Assembly: GCA_965287045.1 (NCBI GenBank)
Contig: OZ336871.1
Location: 56,296,001 to 56,360,000 of the forward strand
Direction: 5' to 3'
DNA from: Carcharhinus amblyrhynchos
Lineage: Eukaryota
DNA length: 64,000 nt
In this document: in pieces, positions 12,104-22,326 of the stretch
Numbering within the stretch: the stretch's first letter is position 1
Layout: each line of letters starts with the position of its first letter
Notes under the pieces: generated by a model
Told to the model about the DNA's origin: nothing
Databases searched by the model: none
The model's input: only the letters and a program-made list of their open reading frames with translations
Made by a program: the position numbers and the translations under genes

Positions 12104-12700
12104 CTTTTCAGACCTTTCAATTCGGCAAAGTCAATCCTAAAGCCCCTCTTGTGGTGATCCCATTGCTCTGACCTCTCATTCAAACATCAATGCAATGCTG
12201 CAGCCAAGCGAGGCTGCTTTCAATAAAAATGCCAAGATTCCCCTCTCCAGGTAATCGGCAGAATACCCAGTGCGTTTTTCATATCTTTGATCTCAGCGTG
12301 TAACGCGTGATTTGAAAAAAAAGATATTCCTCTTGTAGCCAGACAATGGGATGCGATATTTAAAATACCCAAGTGGGCTGCCGGAGCCCCCTCTCAGGAA
12401 GCTGAGAGCGACTAAGTGGCAGCGAGGAGGCGCTCACCTTCTGCAGAGCACACTGAGCACCCCCCCCCCCCACCCGCCACTGGCTGCCAGCCAACTAGTG
12501 CCAGTTCACACACACCATGCCGAGGCGCTTCTTCACAGAGTTTAAACTACATGGAGCCAATCTAGAAACAATAGCAGCAAGCAATTCAACTCAGACACTT
12601 GCCCCCTGGCCTCATGAAGTAGGAGCTGGCTAATGTGAGATACTCGAGGCTACCCTCTCCTCCTGCCCCCCCCCCCTCCCCCACCACCCCCTCCCCTGGA
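12104..12700 (-). promoter_or_regulatory. Candidate promoter and non-coding first exon of a minus-strand gene
   Basis: Repeat-free, relatively CpG/GC-rich island. Perfect donor AAG|GTAAGT with the intron starting at 12103; further donors near 12436 and 13017. No ATG-initiated frame stays open up to the donor. Confidence 0.35.
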
Positions 12701-13833
12701 CTATTGCTCGTTTGCCTCCAGAACAAATCTGTAAACAGATTTTAAAAACTGACTTGAAATGTTCAACAAAAATAAATACTCAAACTCTGAATTACGACCA
12801 TTACCGCACGCTACTCTCCCAGTACATAACTTCCTGATGCCTGCTCGGTTTCAGATAGCTGCTTGCTATCTTGGTCTAACTTTAATATAAGTGGGTCGAT
12901 GATAGTTATTTAACATTCTATAATTTCTACCACATCCTTATTTAATTTGCTTCCATACACCCAATTTTCAACAGTTTATACAGTTACTGGAGCTGTACAT
13001 TCAACAACAGAACTTACCTCTTTCAATAAAAGTGCTTGAATTTATTGCTATGGGTCTTTATTTTCCAACATGTAATTACAGATCTAATGATATCACATGG
13101 GCACCGAACTGCTGCCGCAGACCAACCTGTAAAAAGTGGACCTGAATTGTAACAATGGACCTGAATTGTATTTCAGACTGACCCAGTTGAGGAAAGTTGA
13201 ACCCTGGAAATCAATGAAGTAATGAAAACAAATCCCAGGATATTCTTGTATCCGCCCTGTTGCCTCTGATTGCACCAGGTAAACTTCTTATACATTAAAA
13301 AGCTATTATGAAAAAGACGCCGTTGCCTTCAAATCTTCAGACTGGGGTTTGAAGGGAAACAGTGAGTAAAGAGTAAGACAATTATACAGTTCTTACCACT
13401 CCACGGACCTTGATCAGTCTCCCAGGGATAAGTCCGCAGTCTACCACAGTATAAGGTTATTGATCTACTGCACCACGTAAATCTGATTTATTAAACCTTT
13501 CTATTTTATTCTAGAATTAATGGTAATGCAATTAAGTAGAGAGCTATACACAGCATGGTATTGCTTTCACTGACTTTTTTGCACAAACGAAGATTAAATC
13601 AATTTTTTTTCTCTTTCATTAAAGGCTGAAGTTAATTAATGAAAAGCTCTGGGCAAAACTGTTGACGAATTCTGATAACGCAGAAAAACGCACAGACCAA
13701 GCAAGCACAAGGGTTACACAATAGTGCCACAACATAGACTTCTGACGCAAACGTCCATCAACCAAATAATCAGCCGCTAAAGATTACATATGCTTTATAC
13801 AGGTATTGATTTGTAGAGTCCGACCGACATACT

Positions 13834-13972
13834 GGTTAGGAGAATGGGCCATGCTAAATTCTCCCTCAGTGTACCCAAACAGGCATCTGAGTGTGGCGAC
13901 CGGGGGATTTTCACAGTAATTTCATTGCAGTGTTAATGTAAGCCTATCTGTGACTAATAAATAAACTTAACT
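13834..13972 (+). mobile_element. V-SINE 3' fragment (non-CR1 tail)
   Basis: GGCCATGCTAAATTCTCCCTCAGTGTACCC..TGTGACTAATAAATAAACTT. Confidence 0.75.
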
Positions 13973-14714
13973 TTTGAATCCTAGCTTTAAGAAAGCCAAT
14001 GAGGATTCAGTTCCCCCCCAGATCTGCAATTTTTGGGGGCTGCTTCAATTGTATTTTACCAAAGAAATTACAAATTGAATGCACAAAACTGAAACTTAAC
14101 AGAAAAAAAAGCTAAATTCGTAAAAAGCATTTTGCTAGTTTATTGCAATCTATTGGAGTTATTGATATAATTGTTTATTTAAAACTTCATGCTATTCTGA
14201 TACAGAGATCAAACTTTATCTATTCAAGATAGCGTTTACAGTTTTTCAACATCAGCATTAGATTGCCCACACTGTTGGAAAATACCCATTAGCTAATTGA
14301 TTGGCAGAGTATAGGGCCATTGATTTAACTACCTTCTTACTCTTTGAAGACATACTCAGGCTTGTCACTCATGACCAGATAAAGCTGATGATAAGGAATA
14401 CTTGATAAAGCACCTAACAATATTGACATTTTTCTTATGAGGCCTGTCAATTCAGTGGAAGTTGGAGGGAAAAAAAATGATTCTATCCAGTTAAAGGAAA
14501 TCTTGTGTGCCAGGGCAGCAAACACTTATGTTCTAGTCCGGGTGATACCACGTCACATAAAACTAACTGGCATCTAAAAGAAACAATAGTGTTGGATTGA
14601 CTGAATCCTTCCTTACGGAAGCGCAAAGGAAAATTGTAGGCCATGCATCTGCATTTTATCAAAGTCTGCATGATCCATGTGAGTGCAAGCACTTCTTTTA
14701 TTCTTTCAAGGATG

Positions 14715-14922
14715 TGAGCCTTGTTACCCATATCTGATTTCCCTTGAACTGAGTTTATTAGGCTATTTCAGAGGGCAGCTAAGAGTCAACCACATTGCTG
14801 TAGGTCTGGAATCACCTGTTGTTTATATTGGCTTTAGATGGCAGATTTCTTTCCCTAAAGGACGTTAGTGAACAAGATAGGATTTTACAGCAATTGATGA
14901 TAGCTTTTATCATTACTGAGAA
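14715..14922 (-). mobile_element. tRNA-derived SINE body and tail, same family as 40150-40495
   Basis: Reverse complement contains GTTCACTAACGTCCTTTAGGGAAAGAAATCTGCC and the family B tail. Confidence 0.65.
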
Positions 14923-14924
14923 CA

Positions 14925-15900
14925 TAATAACATAAGGACATAAGAAATAGGAGCAAGAATAAATGACATGGCCATTGAGTCTGCTCTGCCATTCATTACA
15001 ATAATAACTGATCTTGGGATTCAACTCCACTTTCCTACCCTTTCCCCATATCCCTCAATTCCCTGAGACCTAAAATCCAACTTGCCCAGTCTTAAATATA
15101 TTCAACCATGGAGGGCACTAGAATACTGGATTCGAAAGGTACACTTTGAATGAAGTTAATTTCTCCATATCTTAATCCTAAATATTCAGCCTCTTATCCT
15201 GAAACTGTGCACCTGTTTTTCAGATTTCCTGATGAGTGGAAAGGACCTCTCACCATCTACCCTATCAAGTCCCTTCAGAATTTTTTAGGTTTCAAGAAAT
15301 TGCCTCTCATTCTTCTAAATTCCAGAGAATATGAGTCTAATTTACTCATGGGACAACTCCCTTATATCAGGGACCAATTTAGTGAATATTTGCTGTACCA
15401 CCACCAACGCAAGTATATCCTTTCTGCACACAGTACCCCAGATGTGGTCTCACCAAGGCTTTGTACAATTAAAGTGGGACTTCTTTAATCCTGTACTCCA
15501 ATCCCCTAGCAATTGATGCCAACATGTTGTTTGCTTTCCTAATTGCTTGATGTAGTTGCATGTTTACATTCTGCTTGTATAAGCACAGCCAAACCACTTT
15601 GAACATTCAAGTTTCTCACCTTTTAAAAAATATTCTGTTTTTCTATTCTTATGATCAAAATGAATAAGTTCACACTTCCCTATACTATACTCCATCAGTC
15701 ATCATGTCGCCCACTCACTTAACTTGTGCAGCCTCTTTGTATCCTTCCTGCAGCTTATCTTTCCACCTACCTTGAATCAATTGCAGACCTACATACGTTA
15801 TCCACTTTTTCATCATCTAAGTTATTAACATAGACTGTAATTAGCTAACGCCCTTGCACTAATCCCTTGCACTCCATGTTCACCATCAACTTTATAAAGA
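14925..15900 (-). mobile_element. Decayed CR1 LINE 3' part
   Basis: CATAAGAA-type tail repeats at 14925-14950 and RT C-terminal remnants with stops. Confidence 0.8.
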
Positions 15901-18554
15901 CATGTTTATGCATAGTCTCTATTTTCTATTTTCCCAGTTAATTGTAGCCAGTTCTCTACTCATATCTATTAATTGGCTTTATTTAAGTTTAACATTTTCG
16001 TTTGTGTTTGGAATACATCACCTTTAAACTTCACATGGAATTTACTGGTATTATTTTCACTATTTAAGAACATAATGCTGCAGACAAACTGTGTTTATTT
16101 CTTCCCACCATCTGTCCATAAGCAGAAGGTGTTTTGAATGATCTTTAAAGTATGCAGTGGCTTTTGTCTCAAACCCATGGTTTGCCTGACCCAATTTGCT
16201 AATAACCCACAGTAAACTCACGTTGTGCCTAACTCAGAAGGTTAGTTTATTTCACATTCAAAACCTGGGGAAGGAGTGTTTTCACCTTCCCACTCTACCA
16301 CAAATGCACATACTATAGGAAGTGGGGTGGGTATGTGATTAAAAAAGATTTTACAACTATGATAATAATAGTACACAGGCCACAGAAATGAGTATTAGTT
16401 CACATAATTCTCAAAGCCCAAAGTCCGATAAAGAATTCTTTCACATAGGAGCTTGAGTTCAGCTGGCTAAAGACTGAAGTTGTGGTATTCATTTTACAAC
16501 TGATGCTGAATCCACAGGATGAAGAAGGCACACAGAGATTGGATCAGTTCTGCAGGCAATGGCTGGATATCTTCCAGCAGAGACAGATTTTGATGGGCAA
16601 GCTGTTGTTCTGCCAAGGACCTACTTCTTGATGGTTCACCTGTTGGATGTTAGACTGCAGACTGACTTTAAGGCCAAAGTTGTACGGGGGGGATTGGCTG
16701 GGCCCGCAAGCTCGGATCATGAATTGTGATTACCTGAAGAATTGGGAGTAAACTGAGAAAGGGTTTTGCGCTGGGTGCCAAAGCCTCTGTGACCCTCCCC
16801 GACCACACTGCTAGCCCTAATTGGATACTTTGAAGTGGTTTGCAAAACAGCAAGTGAAATCATAGGCTGTCAATCGAGATTTTAACCTATCCACATTGTG
16901 GTCAGGATCAATGGGGTACTTACAGTGCAGTCAACTATGAAGGGAAATTGAAATAAACGCAGGTGGCTGGAGGATAATAGCCATCTATTGATTTGATAGC
17001 CAAATCTTTTAGGAGGCACTGCCATTGAACTTGTTACAGACCATAGGCTTCAAGTGCAATTGAGAGGGCTTTGACGATTTCTGCTTATTGTGAAGCAACT
17101 TCAAATCAAAGCTGTTTGCATACAATGGGGCTGACTGTTCAGTTGGGTAGACTGCAAACCACGGCCTCCCTTCCCACACAGGTGAAATTGACATATTTTC
17201 CCTATTGGAGGACTTCAAAGGGGTCTGCATTCGCATGTAGCTTCTGACAGGAAGAAAAGAAAATCTCTGTTGCAGAATGTAGCCCTTCAATGATTTAAGC
17301 TCCTACCAGGTGACCAGGGTAGGGGTGGCGAGCATGGAGGTTAAAGTGACTTGGCCACTTCAGAACTTGCACAGCTGACAGGCAGGAATGCAGAAATTGT
17401 GCCACGGTCAGTCTGCTCATCTACTTTGCGGTTCTGCTCCTCATCCACACAAAGGCAAACACCCAATACCTGTTGGATCACAGGGCTGACTGAAATCACC
17501 TTGCCAGGATGATCTTCAGGTAGGCCTGGGCTAGAAGTGGCAGTCCAGCCAAGATACCCCCATTCTAATGGAGAATGGTGAGGTCAGCCCCTTGCTTCCA
17601 GCCCGAGCCTATCAATTCCCCAGGACCCTCGAATGCATTTATACCAATTTGTTTGACACAGTCTACATGAAAACTAAAGTCACCCACAATGATTAATAAA
17701 TATCCTTTGTAAAAAAATCCCTTATTCAATGATCTGCCCAATGGTATAACTGCTCAAAGAGCGCTTGTAAACTACACGCACCAGTGTTTTCTGACTCTTG
17801 ATATTCCTAATTTCTACTGATAATGACTCCAATTCCTGATCAGAGGCCAATGTTCCTTCTCACTAATGTTCTTATGCCATCCTTTACTATAAGGGATACC
17901 CCACCTCCTTTCATATTCTGTCTGCCTTTCCAAAATATTGTCTACACTGGATTATTTATTTCGCAACATTGATCATCTTGTAACCATTGTCCTGTAATGG
18001 TGATCAGATCTGAATCACTTGCCTCTATTTGTGTCATTAATTCTATTATAGATACTTAATGCATTCAGAGAAAAATGCCAATTACTTCTATTTCCTGCAA
18101 TGACCTTATTCACCACCATCCACAATTTGCTAAACTCGCTGTCCCTTCCTGTCCCACTTTGCTTGTCTTTACCCACATCATTATACTGTTCTGATACATT
18201 GATCTTTCTCTCCTTCACCCACCCTCCCTCTCCATTAGCTTAAAACCCTGTCCACAGTTCTAGCTGTGCAATTAGTCAGGGCATGAGTCCCAGCCTCATC
18301 CCAATGGAATAGCTCACTCTTCCCTGAGTACTCACACCAGGGCCTCTTGAGTAAAAACCTTTTCTTTCCACATTAATCTTTGAGCCATGCATTTAATTCT
18401 CTAATCTGTTTAACCCTGTGCCAATTGGCATGTAGCTCAGTTAACAAACCACATATGATTCATTTTGATGTCCTGCATTTTAATTTGAACTCCTACTCCT
18501 CAAACTCTCTTAGCAGAACATTATTCCTGGTTCTACCTATGTCACGAGGAGATA

Positions 18555-19259
18555 ATGGCTGGGAACCATGAGCAGGAGGAGGTCTCAAGGGCTGAAGAGA
18601 AGGGAGGATGGACGACTGTTAGGAGGGGAAAGAGGAAGAAGAAGAGTAGTCAGGGTCCCCCGGCCTCCCCGGAGGCCCCCCAAGGTTCGTCGACAGGGGC
18701 ACAGAAAAATAGGAAGGAAGGGGAGACTGACTTAGAGGGACGGAAGGGGGCTGGTAAGGTGATAGTGGTAGGGGATGGGAGGGTCCGAGGGATTGATAGG
18801 AGGTTCTGTGGGCAGGGGCGCGACTCCAGGATGGTGGTCTGCCTCCCTGGAGCAGGGGTAAAGGATATAATGGAAAGGGTAGAGGGAATTTTGAAAGGGG
18901 AGGGGACCCAGGCAGAGGTCATAGTACACGTAGGGGAGGGGGATATAGGAAGGAGGAGTAGGGTAGAGGTCCGTAGGCAATTTAGGGAGTTGGGGGCCAA
19001 ACTAAAGAGCAGGACCTCCAGGGTGGCACTGTCTGGGTTGCTGCCCAGTACGAGCAGGGCTAAGAATGACGAGATCATGCAGTTGAATGCATGGTTGAGG
19101 GACTGGTGTAGGGTAGAGGGGTTTACTTATGTGGATCACTGGGAGGTGTTTAGGAGAGAAAGGCAATTGTACAGGAGGGGTGGGGAGGATTTGAACGGGA
19201 GGGGGACTAGTGTCTTAGCAGGGAGGTTAGCTGGGGTGTTCAGGAATGATTTAAACTAA
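18555..19259 (+). CDS. CR1 ORF1 protein, SGNH/GDSL esterase-like domain (probably 5'-truncated)
   Basis: Motifs VIVVGD, VVCLPGA, VIVHVG..D and WLRDWC..EGF..VDHW. The frame is open back to the element's 5' junction, so the true start may be missing. Confidence 0.88.
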   Translation: MAGNHEQEEVSRAEEKGGWTTVRRGKRKKKSSQGPPASPEAPQGSSTGAQKNRKEGETDLEGRKGAGKVIVVGDGRVRGIDRRFCGQGRDSRMVVCLPGAGVKDIMERVEGILKGEGTQAEVIVHVGEGDIGRRSRVEVRRQFRELGAKLKSRTSRVALSGLLPSTSRAKNDEIMQLNAWLRDWCRVEGFTYVDHWEVFRRERQLYRRGGEDLNGRGTSVLAGRLAGVFRNDLN

Positions 19260-19280
19260 TAGGGAGGGGGGGTGGGGAGG
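19250..19280 (+). promoter_or_regulatory. Candidate -1 ribosomal frameshift signal: U UUA AAC plus downstream G-quadruplex motif
   Basis: Heptamer 19250-19256 is in the ORF1 frame immediately before its TAA, and its -1 frame is the ORF2 frame. GGGAGGGGGGGTGGGG starts 5 nt downstream. Confidence 0.6.
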
Positions 19281-22136
19281 TGGCTTGGAGAGAGACGGGT
19301 GAAAGGAAAATTATAAGGGAGAAGGTGGTTCCGAGGGACGCTTGTGGGTTGAACTGTGTCTGTTTCAATGCTAGGAGTGTGGCAGGGAAAACGGATGAGC
19401 TTAGGGCCTTGATGTTTGTGAGGCAGTTAGATGTGGTGGCTGTAACGGAGACGTGGTTACGGGAAGGGCAGGACTGGCAGCTGAATGTTCCTGGGTACAG
19501 GTGTTTTAGGTGTGACAGAGGAGGGTTGAAGAGAGGTGGAGGGGTGGCACTGTTAGTCAAGGAAAACATCACAGTAGTGCAGAGGGAGGACGATATGGAA
19601 GAGATAGGGATTGAGTCGTTGTGGGTGGAGTTGAGGAATAAAAAGGGAGAGATCACATTGCTAGGGGTGTACTATAGGCCACCCAACAGCCCAAAGTCAG
19701 TGGAGGAAGGCATTTGCAGGGGCATTTTGGATAGGTGCAGGAAGAATAGAGTGGTTGTAGTGGGTGACTTTAATCTTCCAGGAGTGAATTGGAGGGGGCC
19801 TAGAGCTGGGGGTACGGAGGGAGAGGAGTTTGTGAAATGTGTTTTGGAAGGGTCGCTGGAGCAGTATGTAACTAGCCCGACTAGGGGAGGGGCTATACTG
19901 GATTTAGTGTTGGGAAACGAGCCGGGGCAGGTGGGTGAGGTAGAGGTAGGCGAACATGTGGCTAACAGTGACCACAAGTCCGTCTACTTTAGGATAAAAA
20001 TGGAAAGGGACGAGTGACGTCCGAACGGGAGTGTGCTGAACTGGGGAAAGGCGAGCTATAGCCGGATTAGGAGGGAGCTGCAGCAAACTGATTGGGAGGG
20101 ACTGTTAGCTGGCAAGTCCACGGTTGGCAAGTGGGAGGCTTTTAGGGACAAAATGAAATGGTTGCAGGGGAGGTATGTTCCGGTTAAGCAAAAGGATGGG
20201 AAAGGTAGGATTAGAGAGCCGTGGATTACGGGGGATATTGAAGACTTGGTCAGGAAGAAGAGGGAGGCGTATGTTAGGTCAAAACAAATGGGTACAGAGT
20301 GTGCGCTGGAGGAATATAGAGAGAGTAGGAGGGAGCTAAAAAGGGGAATTAGAAGGGCGAAGAGAGGGCATGAGATGGCTTTGGCTGGTAGGATTAAGGA
20401 AAATCCTAAGGCATTTTATTCCTATATTAGAGGCAAGAGAGTAGTTAGAGGGAAAATTGGTCCTCTTAGGGACAAGAGTGGAGAGTTGTGTATTGAGTCG
20501 GAGGGAATGGGGGAGCTCCTGAATGAATACTTTGCGTCGGTATTCACGAAGGAGAGGGGTTCGGAATCGTGCGGTCTCTTGGAGGGGGCGGAGGTTCAGT
20601 TGCAGGATATAGTTATTACGAGAGAGGAAGTGCTAGGGCTTTTAGGTAGCGTAAGGACGGATAAAGCTCCGGGGCCTGATGGTATTTATCCCAGGCTGCT
20701 TAGGGAGGCGAAAGATGAAATTGCTGGGCCTCTGGCGCACATCTTTGTCTCTTCTTTGGACACAGGTGAGGTCCCAGAAGACTGGAGGGTAGCAAATGTG
20801 GTCCCGTTGTTCAAAAAAGGTAGTAGGGATAACCCTGGGAATTATAGGCCGGTGAGTTTGACGTCGGTGGTAGGGAAGTTAATGGAAAAAATACTTAGGG
20901 GTAGGATGTATGAGCATTTGGAGAGTTGCGATCTGATTAGGGATACGCAACATGGCTTTGTTAGAGGGAGGTCTTGCCTTACGAATCTGGTGGAATTCTT
21001 TGAGGAGGTGACAAAAACGGTTGACGATGGGAGAGCCGTTGATGTCATCTATATGGATTTCAGTAAGGCGTTTGACAAAGTCCCTCACGGTAGGCTGGTA
21101 GAAAAGGTTAAGGCGCATGGGATACGAGGCCAGGTAGCTAGGTGGATTGAGAACTGGCTGGGAAATAGGAGACAGAGGGTAGTTGTGGAGGGGACCTTGT
21201 CGAGCTGGAGGCCAGTGACCAGTGGTGTGCCGCAGGGCTCAGTACTGGGACCTCTCCTCTTTGTAGTCTACATAAATGACTTGGAAGAGGGCGTAGGTGG
21301 TGTGATCAGCAAGTTTGCTGATGACACCAAGATGGCAGGGTTGGCGGGTACGGAACTGGAATGTCAGGTGATACAACAGGATATAGATAGGTTGGTGCAG
21401 TGGGCAGATAGGTGGCAGATGGAATTTAATCCTGACAAATGCGAGGTGATGCATTTTGGACGGAATAATGCAGAGAGGAGCTATGTGATAAAAGGTAGAC
21501 AGATTAGGAGTATAGACATACAGAGGGACCTGGGAGTGCAGGTTCACAAATCCATGAAGGTTGCGTCACAAGTGGAGAACGTTGTTAGGAAGGCTTATGG
21601 GATGTTAGCCTTTATAGGAAGGGGCATAGAGTATAAAAGCTGCCGTCTAATGCTTCAGTTATACAGAACGTTGGTTAGACCGCATTTGGAGTACTGCGTC
21701 CAGTTCTGGTCACCTTATTACCGGAAGGACGTGGAGTCTCTGGAAAGGGTGCAGAGGAGGTTTACCAGGATGTTGCCTGGCATGGGGGGACTGGGTTACG
21801 AGGAGAGATTGAAGAAACTGGGGCTATTCTCCTTGGAAAGACGGAGATTGAGAGGGGACATGATAGAAGTATATAAAATACTGAAGGGAATAGATAGAGT
21901 TAATAGTGAGAGACTGCTCCCTAGACTGGGTACGAACACGAGAGGTCATCATTTAAGGGTGAGGGGGGGGAGGTATAATTTGGAGGTGAGAAGAAGGTTC
22001 TTTACGCAGAGGGTTGTGGGGGTCTGGAACGCGCTACCGAGTAGGGTGGTGGAGGCAGGAACGTTGGACTCGTTTAAGATGCAGTTAGATAGGCACGAGT
22101 GAAACGAGAATGGAGGGATATGGTAGGGGCTATTAA
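19250..22136 (+). pseudogene. CR1 ORF2 (APE endonuclease plus reverse transcriptase) with two lesions
   Basis: EN motifs NARS, VTETW, YYRPP, VGDFN, LDLVL and SDH; RT motifs NYRPVSLTS, QHGF, DFSKAFDKV, GVPQGSVLGP and KFADD. In-frame TGA at 20015-20017. An apparent 2-bp deletion near 22096 stops the frame at 22102; the expected MEGYG-type end finishes at TAA 22134-22136. Confidence 0.93.
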
Positions 22137-22213
22137 ATAGGGTTAAACCTCGGGAGACACCGGAAGGGCAGGCTGTATGATTAATATTTTTTGTCTTTAT
22201 TCCACAGGTGGAT

Positions 22214-22326
22214 GTCCACCTCGTGTCAAGCGAGGGGCATGCACACGGCGGGTCGTGCGTGGGCTGCTCTTGGAAGTCCAGGAGTGGCCTAGTACTTCAT
22301 GTCGGTGTGTGTGCTTGATCCTGGAC
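22214..22326 (+). ncRNA. Conserved structured RNA element in the CR1 3'UTR (copy 1)
   Basis: Three-way junction (GUCCA/UGGAC closing stem, CCUCG/CGAGG hairpin, long irregular stem). Differences from copy 2 preserve pairing. Confidence 0.65.

Noticed and set aside
18546-18557. GAGGAG before the ORF1 ATG as a Shine-Dalgarno site
   Set aside because: These are in-frame Glu codons of a probably truncated eukaryotic ORF1 in a purine-rich element.
20015-20017. In-frame UGA in ORF2 as selenocysteine or programmed readthrough
   Set aside because: No SECIS (AUGA..AA..GA) pattern in the 3'UTR hairpin. The copy has a second lesion, and a single substitution from CGA or TGG explains the stop.
18650-21547. 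Multiple antisense ORFs over the CR1
   Set aside because: Shadow frames caused by the strand bias of the sense ORFs; no motifs.
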